From Vicinamibacteria bacterium (GTDB lineage: Bacteria > Acidobacteriota > Vicinamibacteria > Marinacidobacterales > Marinacidobacteraceae): DNA of 64,000 nt. Position 1 is the stretch's first letter; the number at the start of each line of letters is the position of its first letter. Below are positions 20,058 to 29,903 of this stretch, in pieces. The notes beneath the pieces were generated by a model that was given only the letters and a program-made list of their open reading frames with translations, was not told the DNA's origin and did no database searches. The translations under genes and the position numbers were made by a program. The DNA is taken from positions 960,001 through 1,024,000 of the forward strand of contig CAXXLQ010000004.1 in assembly GCA_963668695.2 (NCBI GenBank), read 5' to 3'.

Positions 20058-21793
20058 TCAGACGTAGGGCGTGCCGCTCCATTCCGGAACCTGCTGGTTC
20101 TGTTGCAGCCGTAGCCGCTGCAGATTCAAGGCGGAAAAGCAGCCATCAAGATCGGTATCCGTCGGTGGGATGCCCGGCAAGCTGACCGCCGCCTCCAGCA
20201 TGAACCGCTCGGCCAGCGGGTGGTGCGGGTCCGCCCGGTACGCATCGCGCCACCAGCCGACGATCCGACCCTCAGCAGCCCGAAGCAGCCGGTCGGACGG
20301 CAACCGGTTCCGCTTCTGGCGCTGATTGACTGTTCGATCCGCGGGCAGGAGGTTCCAGAGATCTCCGCAGGGCCACACCGACCACGGAAAACAGTGGTCG
20401 ATGTCGAGCTTGTCCACGGACAGGCGCTTGCCACTCCATACGCAATGGAGCGGCTGCTCGGTGAGCAACCGCTCGGCCCGTTCCCGTGCAATGCCCACGT
20501 CCCGTTTGGGATCCTCCCAGGTCATGGCGTCAGAGAGCCGGGCAGTATCGAGCAGGCGTCCTTGGCTCTCCGCGTAGGATCGGGTCACCCGAGCCCATTC
20601 GGCGATGATGGCGGGCTCGATCCAGGCGGCGAAGCGTTGCGCCGCCAACCACAGGTGGGTTGGCACCCGCATCGTGCCGAAGCTGGCGAGATACGGCTCA
20701 TCCAGCCGCGCGGCGCCCGGATAACGCCCGGCCCCGACGGCGCACACGCGAAGAATCGGATTCGTCCCGCTGGGATACGTCATGTAGTGCGCCGGCATTC
20801 TGCGGATCGTTTGGACGGCATCCTTGAGCGCCTGATGAAGCGCCCCGCCGCTGTCGCCGCTGAGCCGTAAGCCCACGCGCAGATCGCGATGCGACAGGTC
20901 TGTGAGCCGTCCCAGCGCCTCCTTGGCGAAACCGAGTTGCTCGCCACCACGCCGGTTCTGTGGGCTCTGGGGCATGTTCGCCGCCAGCAGCGGCTTGTAG
21001 AGCCGAATCCACGTCAGCGCCACCAGGCCCATCGGGACCGCGACGTACTCTTCGTCCGTGGACGACGCGAGCCCGCCCGCGCCGTCCGCAATGCGGCAGA
21101 GCACGCGGAGCAGCCCGAGTTTGTAGGTGGAGTTCTTGTCATCGTTCAGGATGACGTGGCGCAGCAGCGGCAGAGCGCCGGTGCCGTCGTCCGGCAGCCG
21201 GACCGCCAGTTGTTGCCAGCGGATCTCGCTGCGGCCGAGATAGTCCTCGGCCGTGACCTCCCGCTCGACGAACGCGCCGTGGTCACGGGCCAGGCTCTTG
21301 ATCTCCCCGACGGAAACGGGATGGCTGCCGCGTTGTCCCTCGGAAGGGCCGCAGCGCAGTGTGATGGCCAAGACGCCGCCCGGCTTGAGCAGCGTAATCA
21401 GTTTCCTGAACGCCCTCGCCCGGTCCGATGCGGCGACGTGCATCCAGACCGCGCTGACCAGGATGACGTCGAAGGCGAGGCCCGTCCGGAACGTGCGTTT
21501 GAGACCGGGCAGCGAGTCGGAGATCCACTGGATGCGAGGAACATCATGCTGTTCGCGCGCCATCGTCCGGAGTCTGGAGGACGGTTCGACCGCGACGACA
21601 TTGTGGCCTTTGTAGGCCAACCATGCCGCGTCGCGACCGCTGCCCGCGCCGATGTCGAGGACGGTCGCAGGCTGCGAGGGCAGCAGGTCCGTCAGCCAGC
21701 CGTGCCTTCCGGTACGCGCTCTGGGGAGACAGCCTCGTAGCGATCCGCCAGCGTCTCCGCGTGCGTGTTGTACCAGGCGATCTCGTCGGACAC
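20058..21793 (-). pseudogene. Class I SAM methyltransferase-HNH endonuclease fusion, frameshifted near the 5' end
   Basis: VLDIGAGSGRDAAWLA, SAVWMH; NDDKNSTYKLGLLR; HCVWSG...DIDHCFPWSVWPCGDLWNLLPADRTVNQRQKRNRLP. The natural N-terminus VSDEIAWYNTHAETLADRYEAVSPERV is in another frame. Confidence 0.75.
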
Positions 21794-21942
21794 TGTCCCA
21801 TTCTGGCGGCCCGCGCCGTCGCTGCCGAGCGGCGACCGGCCCCCGCGACATGGTACGTCCGCGGCCGGGCGATGGCGTTCCCGAGCCCTCACGCCACGGT
21901 GCCGGTCGGAAGGCGGGCGTCTGCCCGGCTGGCTACCTCCCG

Positions 21943-22959
21943 TCAGGAATCATCGGACTCCCGCAGCCGGCGGAAGAAGTCAGCCACGCTCGCGGCGGTC
22001 AAGGCAGCCGCCGCCACCGCGCCCGGCGACGCGCAGCCGAGCAACTTCCGATCCGTGGCGGAAAGGTCCGCCGGAAATGCAGCGGAAATCGCGAGGCCGC
22101 GGCGCACCAGCAGTTCGCACGCCGTCGCGGCAGTCACCTCGGCGCGCGCCTCGGCGCGCTGCTCCCGCAAGAGTGGGTCGTCCTCCGGGCCCGTCCCCTC
22201 CCGCAACCCGAGCGCCCGACCCACGCGAGACGCCAGCGCCGCCGTCTCCGGGGACGACCCCCGCTCGTTCAGCACCCGGTGCGCCTCCTCCGCCCTGAGT
22301 CCCGGAAACGCCCGGCTCTTCCCGGTCTCCCGATACTCCCCCGCCTCCAGTACATAGATCGTCAGCCCCGGCCGCCGACCCCGGGGGCGACTTGGCGAAT
22401 ACGCCTCCGGAACCTCCACCCACAGCTCCGGGAACCCCCAGTCCGCATACACCAGCAACTTGTTCCGCCGCACGTCCGTCGTGTTATCCACTTCCAGCAC
22501 CACGTCCGGGTGTTCCTGATCCGCCGCCCACTCGTATTTCGATCCGATCCGCTCCTGGCGCTCCGGGTCGAGGAACACCATCTCGTCCGGGTGCATCGCC
22601 CGCACCTGCGCCCGGTCCGCATCCAGCAGATCCAGCCCCGCCGCGCCTCCCAGCATGATCGGTGAACCCCGCACCATGGCGACCCGCTCCACGAACTTGC
22701 GGAACATGGTGAGCGGATCCTCGTGCGGCGCCTTGGCGGCCTCCGCCACCCGCCAGGCGCGCGCCACCTCGGCATCGAACAGCTCGACCTTTCCGTCGTC
22801 GTCGAGCGCCCGATATTCGGCGAGCGTCATGCGGCACGACACGCAGCCGATGAACTCCAGCGCCGACGTCGGCCGCCAGCGTCCCTCCGACCGCTTTCTC
22901 TCCGCCGTCGGGAGAAGTGCTTCCGCCACTCCCGGCCCCACCCCCACGCCGTTCGCCAT
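21943..22959 (-). CDS. Uma2/DUF820 PD-(D/E)XK endonuclease-family protein (start uncertain)
   Basis: MHPDEMVF...PDVVLEVDNTTDVRRNKLLVYADWGFPELWVEV...SRAFPGL. Confidence 0.75.
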   Translation of the reverse strand: MANGVGVGPGVAEALLPTAERKRSEGRWRPTSALEFIGCVSCRMTLAEYRALDDDGKVELFDAEVARAWRVAEAAKAPHEDPLTMFRKFVERVAMVRGSPIMLGGAAGLDLLDADRAQVRAMHPDEMVFLDPERQERIGSKYEWAADQEHPDVVLEVDNTTDVRRNKLLVYADWGFPELWVEVPEAYSPSRPRGRRPGLTIYVLEAGEYRETGKSRAFPGLRAEEAHRVLNERGSSPETAALASRVGRALGLREGTGPEDDPLLREQRAEARAEVTAATACELLVRRGLAISAAFPADLSATDRKLLGCASPGAVAAAALTAASVADFFRRLRESDDS

Positions 22960-23097
22960 CTTCGGAGTCTAAACCCCGGGCGGCCGGCTGGCGCGGGGGT
23001 CGGCGCCGGGCCAGGCCGGGCGGCACGGCGGCCCCTGCCGCCGTGACACGACCCCCGAGGAAGGCGGATAATCCCGCGTTCCCTGGGGAGCACCTTC

Positions 23098-23685
23098 ATG
23101 AGCGCATACTTCGACCTCCGGTCCGAACTCTTCCACCGCGCTTTCAGAGACGCCCTGCCTTACCGCGAATACCTCGCAACCGGGAACAGTCGCGAAGCGG
23201 CAGCCTGGGCGCGGGCCGACGCGGCGCTGCCGGCGCTCCCGCACGACGCGCATACCCGCCTCGATCCGGCCGGCCGGATCGTGAACACGCTGTGTCTCAG
23301 TGGCATCTGGTGCGGGGACTGCGTTCGGTCGGTCCCGATCGTGGCCCGGCTCGCCGAGGCGGCAGGACCGCCTCTAGATCTCCGCTTCGTGGATCGGGAC
23401 GCCATTCCGGAACTTCGGGACGACCTCCGCGTTCTGGGAGCGATGCGGGTTCCGATGGTCCTTTTCCTGACCGAGGATTTCCACGAGATCGGTCGCTACG
23501 GGGACCGGCCGCTGAGCGTGTACCGGGAGAAGGCGGCGACGGAACTCGGGGCCGCCTGTCCATTGCCCGGGTCGGCGGACGGCGGGGCGCTGGCCGCCGA
23601 GACTGCCGAGTGGCTGGATGTGTTCGAGCGGATGATCCTGATGGCGCGGCTGGCGCCGCCGCTGAGGGCGCGGCACGGGGATTGA
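23098..23685 (+). CDS. Thioredoxin-family protein (WCGDC type)
   Basis: LCLSGIWCGDCVRSVP...RVPMVLFLTEDFHEIGRYGDRP. Confidence 0.88.
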   Translation: MSAYFDLRSELFHRAFRDALPYREYLATGNSREAAAWARADAALPALPHDAHTRLDPAGRIVNTLCLSGIWCGDCVRSVPIVARLAEAAGPPLDLRFVDRDAIPELRDDLRVLGAMRVPMVLFLTEDFHEIGRYGDRPLSVYREKAATELGAACPLPGSADGGALAAETAEWLDVFERMILMARLAPPLRARHGD

Positions 23686-23687
23686 GG

Positions 23688-23840
23688 GTGGAGAGGGGCT
23701 TCGGAAGATCTGGGAAAAACGGCTCGTCCGACCGCCGCCAGAAGCTCCGGGCGATTCGGGTCGCCGCCTCCTACTCCTTCCCAACCGCCGACATTGATCA
23801 GATGCTCGCCGAGATCGAAGCGGGGCGGAGCTCGGAGTGA
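23688..23840 (+). pseudogene. Antitoxin remnant (C-terminal part)
   Basis: KLRAIRVAASYSFPTADIDQMLAEIEAG directly precedes, and overlaps (GTGA), a PIN remnant. Confidence 0.55.
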
Positions 23841-24110
23841 CTGCCGAACAGCTTTCGTGGATTCCAACATCCCGATGTACCCGATCGGAAGCTCCCACCC
23901 CTACCGGGACGAGGCCCGGCGGGCGCTGGAGACGCTCGCGCTGGCCGGCGAGAGGCTGTTGACCACCGTGGAGGTGGTCCCGGAGATCCTCCACCGTTAT
24001 TCCGCGATCCGCCGCCACGAGGCGATCCACCCGGCGTTTCCAAGCGATGCTCGATCTCGTGGACGAGGTGTTTCCCGTCACTCTCGGGGATGCGCTCCGG
24101 GCTCCCAATC
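23837..24110 (+). pseudogene. VapC/PIN toxin pseudogene (frameshifted, 3'-truncated)
   Basis: FVDSNIPMY...HPYRDEARRALE...TTVEVVPEILHRY, continuing in another frame as LDLVDEVFPVTLGDALRA and running into a thioredoxin fragment. Confidence 0.7.
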
Positions 24111-24114
24111 GCTC

Positions 24115-24362
24115 CCGGGCGCGACTCGATCCGGCTGGCCGCATCGTGAACGTTGCTCTGTCTGAGCGGCATCTGGTGCGGAGATTGTGTCCGCTCCGTC
24201 CGGATCGTGGCCCGGTTGTCCGAGGCGGCGGGACCGCCGATCGAATCGCGCGTTGTGGACCGGGACGCGCTCCCGGACCTTCGGGACGAACGCCGCGTTG
24301 TGGGAGCCACGCGGTTCCGATCGCGGTCTGCCTCACCGAGGACTTCCACGATATCGGCCGCC
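24115..24362 (+). pseudogene. Decayed internal copy of the WCGDC thioredoxin-family gene
   Basis: RARLDPAGRIVN / LCLSGIWCGDCVRSVRIVARLSEAAGPP / LTEDFHDIGR spread over shifted frames. Confidence 0.75.
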
Positions 24363-24510
24363 AATCCCCGCTAACCTTCCGCTAACCCGGTTATCTCATA
24401 CTCGAGCGTTGGGAAGGGGCTTTGTATCAACGACTTAGACTCTTTGGCCGGTGAAACTTCGGGTTAGAGAGGCGCTGAACGCGTTCTCCGGCCGCGATAC
24501 TTTCCGGCGG

Positions 24511-24831
24511 ATGGGAACACTGCTTGCCACCGTGATGCTCAGCGTCAGCATGGGTGTTCAATCCGCTTACGTGCCGGAGTTTTGGACCGTGGCCTGTAGG
24601 GACAAGGAGTTTATGGAGGATCTTGTGAACGCGTACAGAGACCGAGACACGGAGGCCGTCGAGATTGCCATAATGGCGGCGCTACTCTCGGACGAATGCG
24701 TAGAGATTGAAAAGGGCCAGCGGGTTTCTGTCCATGACGTTGGGTTCTTCTCGCCGCTGCATGAGATTCGGATCCGTGGGCAACTCGGCCGGTATTACGT
24801 AATCGCCGGGCTCTTCGAACGGGTGCGCTAG
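24511..24831 (+). CDS. Hypothetical exported protein
   Basis: Signal-peptide-like MGTLLATVMLSVSMG; lower GC than its flanks; two Cys. Confidence 0.5.
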   Translation: MGTLLATVMLSVSMGVQSAYVPEFWTVACRDKEFMEDLVNAYRDRDTEAVEIAIMAALLSDECVEIEKGQRVSVHDVGFFSPLHEIRIRGQLGRYYVIAGLFERVR

Positions 24832-25257
24832 CCCAATGGGGTGGAAACCGTGCTACTCCGAACCGAGGCGCTCGCGGTAGCGACGGCCACAGCCCACCGG
24901 ATGAGGCGCTTCGAGAGGCGGCCGAACGACTGCAAAACGCCGCGGCCGCCGGCTCGACCTCCGGTCGCAGACTCCGTCTGCCGGCCCCCGTCTGCCGGCC
25001 TGCGGTCCGGCCGATAACCGCGTCCGATTTGGCCCGCGACCGCTCGTGGTCGGGAGTACCGCGAAGATTTCCTCGGGAAGAGAGCCCCAGCGACTGTTGA
25101 CTGACCTCCCCCAAGCGAGGTCGCCGGTCCTCGCCGGCGCACGGCGTCTTCGCACCGACTTTTCCACATTGTCCCTGGAGGTGAGAAGGAACCTGCCCGA
25201 ATTCCGTCGATAGCAGCAGAGGAAGACATCGCGCCTTCCGACGACCACCGACAAGGA

Positions 25258-25812
25258 ATGCCCGACGCCGCGCCGCAACCGCCCGCCCCTGCACCGCCCC
25301 GAAAGTCGTCTCCACCACCGGGGGACCCCTCGCCCCCCGGTCCCGAAACGGCGACCCCGAAACCGGCCGAGGAAGGCGCCCTCTTCCGCGCCCTCGTGGA
25401 CGCAGGAGCCGACGCGGTGGTCGCCTATACTGCGGATCGGCGAACGCAGACCATGACCTCGGAGACCGTCGCCACGCAGCTTCAGCCGTTCGTGGTGGAG
25501 ATGCGCCAACTGTTCGCTGCCCAGGAACGGCGATTCATCGAACGATTCGACGAACAAGACCGCAAGCTGGACGCCCTAGCCGGGCGCGTGGACGCCCTGG
25601 CCGGGCGCATGGACGCCCTCACCTCCCGCGTCGACGTCCTCACCTCCCGCGTCGACGTCCTCACCTCCCGCGTCGACGCCCTCACCACCGGTCTGGACGT
25701 CCTCACCGTTCGCGTGGACGGGCTGAAGGTGCTGGGGCAGATCGTTCTCGGCGCCCTGGCCCTCCTGGTCACGGTGCTGATCGCGGTGTTCGGCTTCCTG
25801 TTCACCACCTGA
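25258..25812 (+). CDS. Coiled-coil protein with 21-bp heptad repeats and C-terminal TM anchor (DUF1640/CCDC90-like architecture)
   Basis: LFRALVDAGA; (V/M)D(A/V)L(A/T)(G/S)R heptads at ~25568-25720; hydrophobic C-terminus. Confidence 0.7.
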   Translation: MPDAAPQPPAPAPPRKSSPPPGDPSPPGPETATPKPAEEGALFRALVDAGADAVVAYTADRRTQTMTSETVATQLQPFVVEMRQLFAAQERRFIERFDEQDRKLDALAGRVDALAGRMDALTSRVDVLTSRVDVLTSRVDALTTGLDVLTVRVDGLKVLGQIVLGALALLVTVLIAVFGFLFTT

Positions 25813-25920
25813 ACACCTTCGCAGCCTGCGGGACGCCGCTGACAGGCAGCCGACCTGGTTCCGGCGGAACCGAGGGGGCCCGGCGCTACGGGTGTGGCGG
25901 AATCTAGAATCCCGGGTTCC

Positions 25921-26146
25921 ATGTCCTCGCCGTGCTTCGACCGACGGCTTCAGCTCTTTCGGCAGGCCTTTCGGGACGCCGTCCCCAACCCCGAAGACCT
26001 CGCTGACGGGAACGACCGAGACCGGGTTGCCCGGGCACGGGCGGCGGCGGCGCTTCCGGCGCGCCCGGGCGCGACTCGATCCGGCTGGCCGCATCGTGAA
26101 CGTGCTCTGCCTCAGCGGCGTTTCCCTGGCCGGCGGAACCATCTGG
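25921..26146 (+). pseudogene. Decayed 5' copy of the WCGDC thioredoxin-family gene
   Basis: MSSPCFDRRLQLFRQAFRDAVP matches MSAYFDLRSELFHRAFRDALP; then RARLDPAGRIVNVLCLSG in a shifted frame. Confidence 0.7.
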
Positions 26147-26262
26147 GCAGACAGCATTACGCCTTTCACCGCGCTCCGCGCCGCAGTGCCGACCGGAGGT
26201 CGGCGTTCCAAGCCCTCCGCGCCACCTTGCCGGTCTGAAGACCGGCGTTCCCTGAACAACTG

Positions 26263-28062
26263 ATGCTGGATATGTGGCGGCGGGTGCTGCCGTATCTCAC
26301 CCGCTACCGGCGGCGGCTTGCGATCGGGCTGGTGGCGCTCGCGCTGTGCCGGGTCTTCTACCTGATCGTGCCGCAGGTGCTCGAGCGGGCCGTCGATGCG
26401 CTCCAGTCGGGCGCCACCGGCGAAATGTGGACCTACGGCGGCTTCATCGTGGCCGCCGCCGCCGGGTCGGCCGTCTTCCGCTTCTTCATGCGCTGGTACC
26501 TGATCGGCATCTCCCGCTACGCCGAATACGACCTGCGGCGGGATTTCTACGCCCAGCTCCAGCGCCTGCCGGCGGCCTTCTACGCCCGCTACCGGGTGGG
26601 GGACATCCTTTCCCGCGGCGCCCAGGACATGAATGCGGTCCGGATGGTGCTGGGTCCCGGCGTGATGTACCCGGTGGAGACGGTGATCACCACCATCGGC
26701 TGTTTCGGCTTCATGCTGGCCATCAGCCCGCGTCTCACCCTCGTCGCGCTGGCGGTAATGCCGGTGGTCTCCATCCTGATGAAGATCCTCGGAGCAAGGA
26801 TCTTCCGGCGCTCCGAAGTAGTGCAGGCGAAGATGGCCGACATCTCCGCGGTGGTCCAGGAGAACGCGGCGGCCTCGCGCCTCGTGCGCGCCTTCGTGCA
26901 GGAGGACGCCCAGCGCAAGGTTTTCGGGAAGGAAAACGAGGCCTACGCCACGCTGAACATGAGACTGGTCGCCGTGAGCGCGGCGCTCTTCCCGCTCCTG
27001 CTCGCCCTCATCGGGATGGGCCTCGCCGGTTCGCTCGTGCTCGGCGGACGCCTCGTCATCGACGAATCAATCACGCTCGGCCAATTGGTGGCCTTCCTCT
27101 TCTACTACGGCTACCTGACCTGGCCGATGATCGCTATCGGCTGGGTGGTGAACATCCACCAGCGCGGCGCGGCCTCCATGAAGCGGCTGGCGGTGATCTT
27201 CGACGCCGATCCCCTCGACGCCCCGCCGGCCGGCGACGCCGGGATCGACCCGTCCCGGCCCGCCGCCGCCATCGAGTTCCGGGACGTCCGGTTCGCCTAC
27301 CCCTCCCGGGGGGTGGGAGGCAAGGAGAGTTCGAACGGGAGAGAGTCGCCGGCGGTCCTCTCGGACTTCAACCTGCGCGTAGAGCCCGGCCAGACCGTGG
27401 CGCTCGTGGGGCGCACCGGCAGCGGCAAGAGCACGGTGGCCCGGCTCATTCCGCGGATCTACGACGCCCAGGAAGGCTCGATCCGGATTGACGGACGCGA
27501 CGTGCGGGAAATCCCGCTCGACGAACTGCGGAGCGACATCGGTTTCGTCCCACAGGACAGCTTCCTGTTTTCCATGACCCTGCGGGAGAACTTCGCCTTC
27601 GGCGACGCCGAGGCGCCGATCGACGACGTGCGCCGGGTGGCGGAGGAAGCCGGTCTCGCGAGCGACATCGAGGACTTCGCGGGCGGCTACGAAACCATGG
27701 TCGGCGAACGCGGCGTGACGCTTTCCGGCGGGCAGCGCCAGCGGACGGCCATCGCCCGCGCCCTCCTCCTCGACACCCGGATCCTGGTGTTCGACGACGT
27801 GTTCAGCGCGGTGGACTCCGAGACCGAGTCCCGCATTCTGAAAGCGGTCCGCCGGGCCGCGCGCGACCGCACCACGATCATCGTGGCCCACCGGCTGAGC
27901 ACGGTGAAGGACGCGGACGTGATCTACCTGCTCGACGCCGACGAAGCCGGGGCGACCCAGGTCGTCGAGAGCGGGACCCACAACGAGCTGGTCGCCGCCG
28001 GAGGGTTGTACGCAGGCATGTACCGCCGGCAGATGCTCGAAGAGGAGCTTTCCCGGCTGTGA
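26263..28062 (+). CDS. ABC exporter, fused permease/ATPase (MdlA/YheI-like)
   Basis: TM domain, GRTGSGKST, LSGGQRQR, degenerate Walker B ILVFDD. Confidence 0.93.
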   Translation: MLDMWRRVLPYLTRYRRRLAIGLVALALCRVFYLIVPQVLERAVDALQSGATGEMWTYGGFIVAAAAGSAVFRFFMRWYLIGISRYAEYDLRRDFYAQLQRLPAAFYARYRVGDILSRGAQDMNAVRMVLGPGVMYPVETVITTIGCFGFMLAISPRLTLVALAVMPVVSILMKILGARIFRRSEVVQAKMADISAVVQENAAASRLVRAFVQEDAQRKVFGKENEAYATLNMRLVAVSAALFPLLLALIGMGLAGSLVLGGRLVIDESITLGQLVAFLFYYGYLTWPMIAIGWVVNIHQRGAASMKRLAVIFDADPLDAPPAGDAGIDPSRPAAAIEFRDVRFAYPSRGVGGKESSNGRESPAVLSDFNLRVEPGQTVALVGRTGSGKSTVARLIPRIYDAQEGSIRIDGRDVREIPLDELRSDIGFVPQDSFLFSMTLRENFAFGDAEAPIDDVRRVAEEAGLASDIEDFAGGYETMVGERGVTLSGGQRQRTAIARALLLDTRILVFDDVFSAVDSETESRILKAVRRAARDRTTIIVAHRLSTVKDADVIYLLDADEAGATQVVESGTHNELVAAGGLYAGMYRRQMLEEELSRL

Positions 28063-29852
28063 GCGCTGAACGCGCCGGCGGCAAGAAGCCCAGCGGCGGG
28101 AAGCCCAGCCGGGGCCTGCTCCGGCGCATGCTGCCCTACGTGTTTCCGTATTGGCCGTTCGTCACCCTCGCCGTGGGGCTCGTTCTGATCGGGACCGCGG
28201 CGCAGCTCACCGGGCCGTACCTCACCCGGATCGCCCTCGACGACTACATCGCCGCGGGCGACCTGGAAGGGCTCGTCGGGATCCTCGGCCTTTACGCCGT
28301 CATCCTGGCGGTCGGTTTCGCCGGCGCCTACGGACAGGCCTGGATCGTGAACCTGTTCGGCCAGCGGGTGATGCGCGACATTCGCCGCGACGTCTTCGAC
28401 CACATCCAGAAACTGCACCCCGGCTGGTTCGACCGTCACCCCATCGGCCAGGTCGTCACGCGGGCGACGAGCGACGTGGATGCGCTCAACGAACTGCTGA
28501 GTTCCGGGGTGGTGATGATCATCACCGACGTGGTTCTGCTCGTCGGGATCATGGCGGTGCTCATCTGGATGAACCCGGCGCTCGCGCTCGTCACCTTCGG
28601 GGCGGTACCCGCCCTCTTCATCGCCGGCTGGATCTTCCGCCGCCGGATCCGGCCGGCCTTCCGCCGGGTGCGCACCGCGGTGGCATCGGTGAACTCCTTC
28701 ATCCAGGAAACGCTGACCGGGATGGAGGTCCTGCAGCTCTTCCGTCAGGAGCGCCGGCGGGCTCGCGAGTACCGGAAGCTGAACCGGGAGCACACGGACG
28801 CCCATCTCGACACCGTGCTGTGCTTTTCGGTCTTCTACCCGGTGGTCGAAATGATCACCGCCATCACCGTCGCGCTGATCGTGGGCTACGGAGGCTCCCG
28901 GATCGGCACCGGAACGCTCACCGTCGGGGCCCTGGTCGCGTTCTTGATGTATTCGGAGATGTTCTTCCGGCCCATCCGCGACCTGACCGAGAAGTTCAAC
29001 ATCCTGCAAGGAGCGATGGCCGCTTCGGAGCGCATCGTGGAACTCCTCGACACGGAACCCGCTATCCGGAACGCGCCGGCCGCCCGCCTCCCCGCACACC
29101 GTCACGGCGCGTTCCGGCTCGAGGGAGTCTCGTTCGCCTACAACAAGGAGGAGTGGGTGCTGCGGGACATCGATCTCGATGTGGCCCCCGGCGAAACGGT
29201 GGCGCTCGTGGGGCACACCGGGTCGGGCAAAACCACCCTCGCCGCCCTGCTCCTCCGGCTTTACGACGTGCAGCGCGGCCGGGTGCTGGTGGACGGCCTC
29301 GACGTGCGGGATTGGCGGGTGCCGAACCTGCGCCGTCAGTTCTCGATGGTGCAGCAGGACGTACACCTCTTTTCCGGATCGGTGCTCGACAACATCCGGC
29401 TGGGCGACGAAACGATCAGCGAAGAAGACGCCCGCCGGGCTGCCGAGGCTGCCGAAGTGGCCGCCTGGTCCCGGAATCTGCCCGACGGCCTCGACACTCA
29501 GCTAGGAGAACGCGGCGGCGGCCTCTCGCAGGGCCAGCGCCAGTTGGTCGGGATAGCTCGCGCCATGGCCCGCACCTCGCGGGTGCTGGTGCTCGACGAG
29601 GCGACGTCGAGCGTGGACACCGAGACCGAGCGCGCGGTGCAGACCGCCCTCCAGCGGGTGCTCGAGAACCGCACCAGTCTCGTGATCGCACACCGGCTCT
29701 CCACCATCCGGGGGGCCGACCGCATCGTGGTGCTGCACCGGGGGCGAATCCGCGAGAGCGGCACCCACGACGAGCTGCTCGCCGTCGGAGGTATCTACCG
29801 GCGGCTCTACGAGCTGCAGTTCGCGGACGAGGCCGTGCTGGCCGCCGGCTGA
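28059..29852 (+). CDS. ABC exporter, fused permease/ATPase (MdlB/YheH-like), heterodimer partner
   Basis: GHTGSGKTT, LSQGQRQL, LVLDEATSSVDTETE; GTGA overlap. Confidence 0.93.
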   Translation: MSAERAGGKKPSGGKPSRGLLRRMLPYVFPYWPFVTLAVGLVLIGTAAQLTGPYLTRIALDDYIAAGDLEGLVGILGLYAVILAVGFAGAYGQAWIVNLFGQRVMRDIRRDVFDHIQKLHPGWFDRHPIGQVVTRATSDVDALNELLSSGVVMIITDVVLLVGIMAVLIWMNPALALVTFGAVPALFIAGWIFRRRIRPAFRRVRTAVASVNSFIQETLTGMEVLQLFRQERRRAREYRKLNREHTDAHLDTVLCFSVFYPVVEMITAITVALIVGYGGSRIGTGTLTVGALVAFLMYSEMFFRPIRDLTEKFNILQGAMAASERIVELLDTEPAIRNAPAARLPAHRHGAFRLEGVSFAYNKEEWVLRDIDLDVAPGETVALVGHTGSGKTTLAALLLRLYDVQRGRVLVDGLDVRDWRVPNLRRQFSMVQQDVHLFSGSVLDNIRLGDETISEEDARRAAEAAEVAAWSRNLPDGLDTQLGERGGGLSQGQRQLVGIARAMARTSRVLVLDEATSSVDTETERAVQTALQRVLENRTSLVIAHRLSTIRGADRIVVLHRGRIRESGTHDELLAVGGIYRRLYELQFADEAVLAAG

Positions 29853-29903
29853 GAATCCCGGCTGAGAATCCCGGCTGAAAACCCCCGGCTAAAGAATCAC
29901 GAC

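Noticed and set aside
29849-29892. 13-bp triple repeat after the ABC gene (also an 11-bp triple repeat at 32401-32430)
   Set aside because: Short local slippage duplications with no evidence of function.
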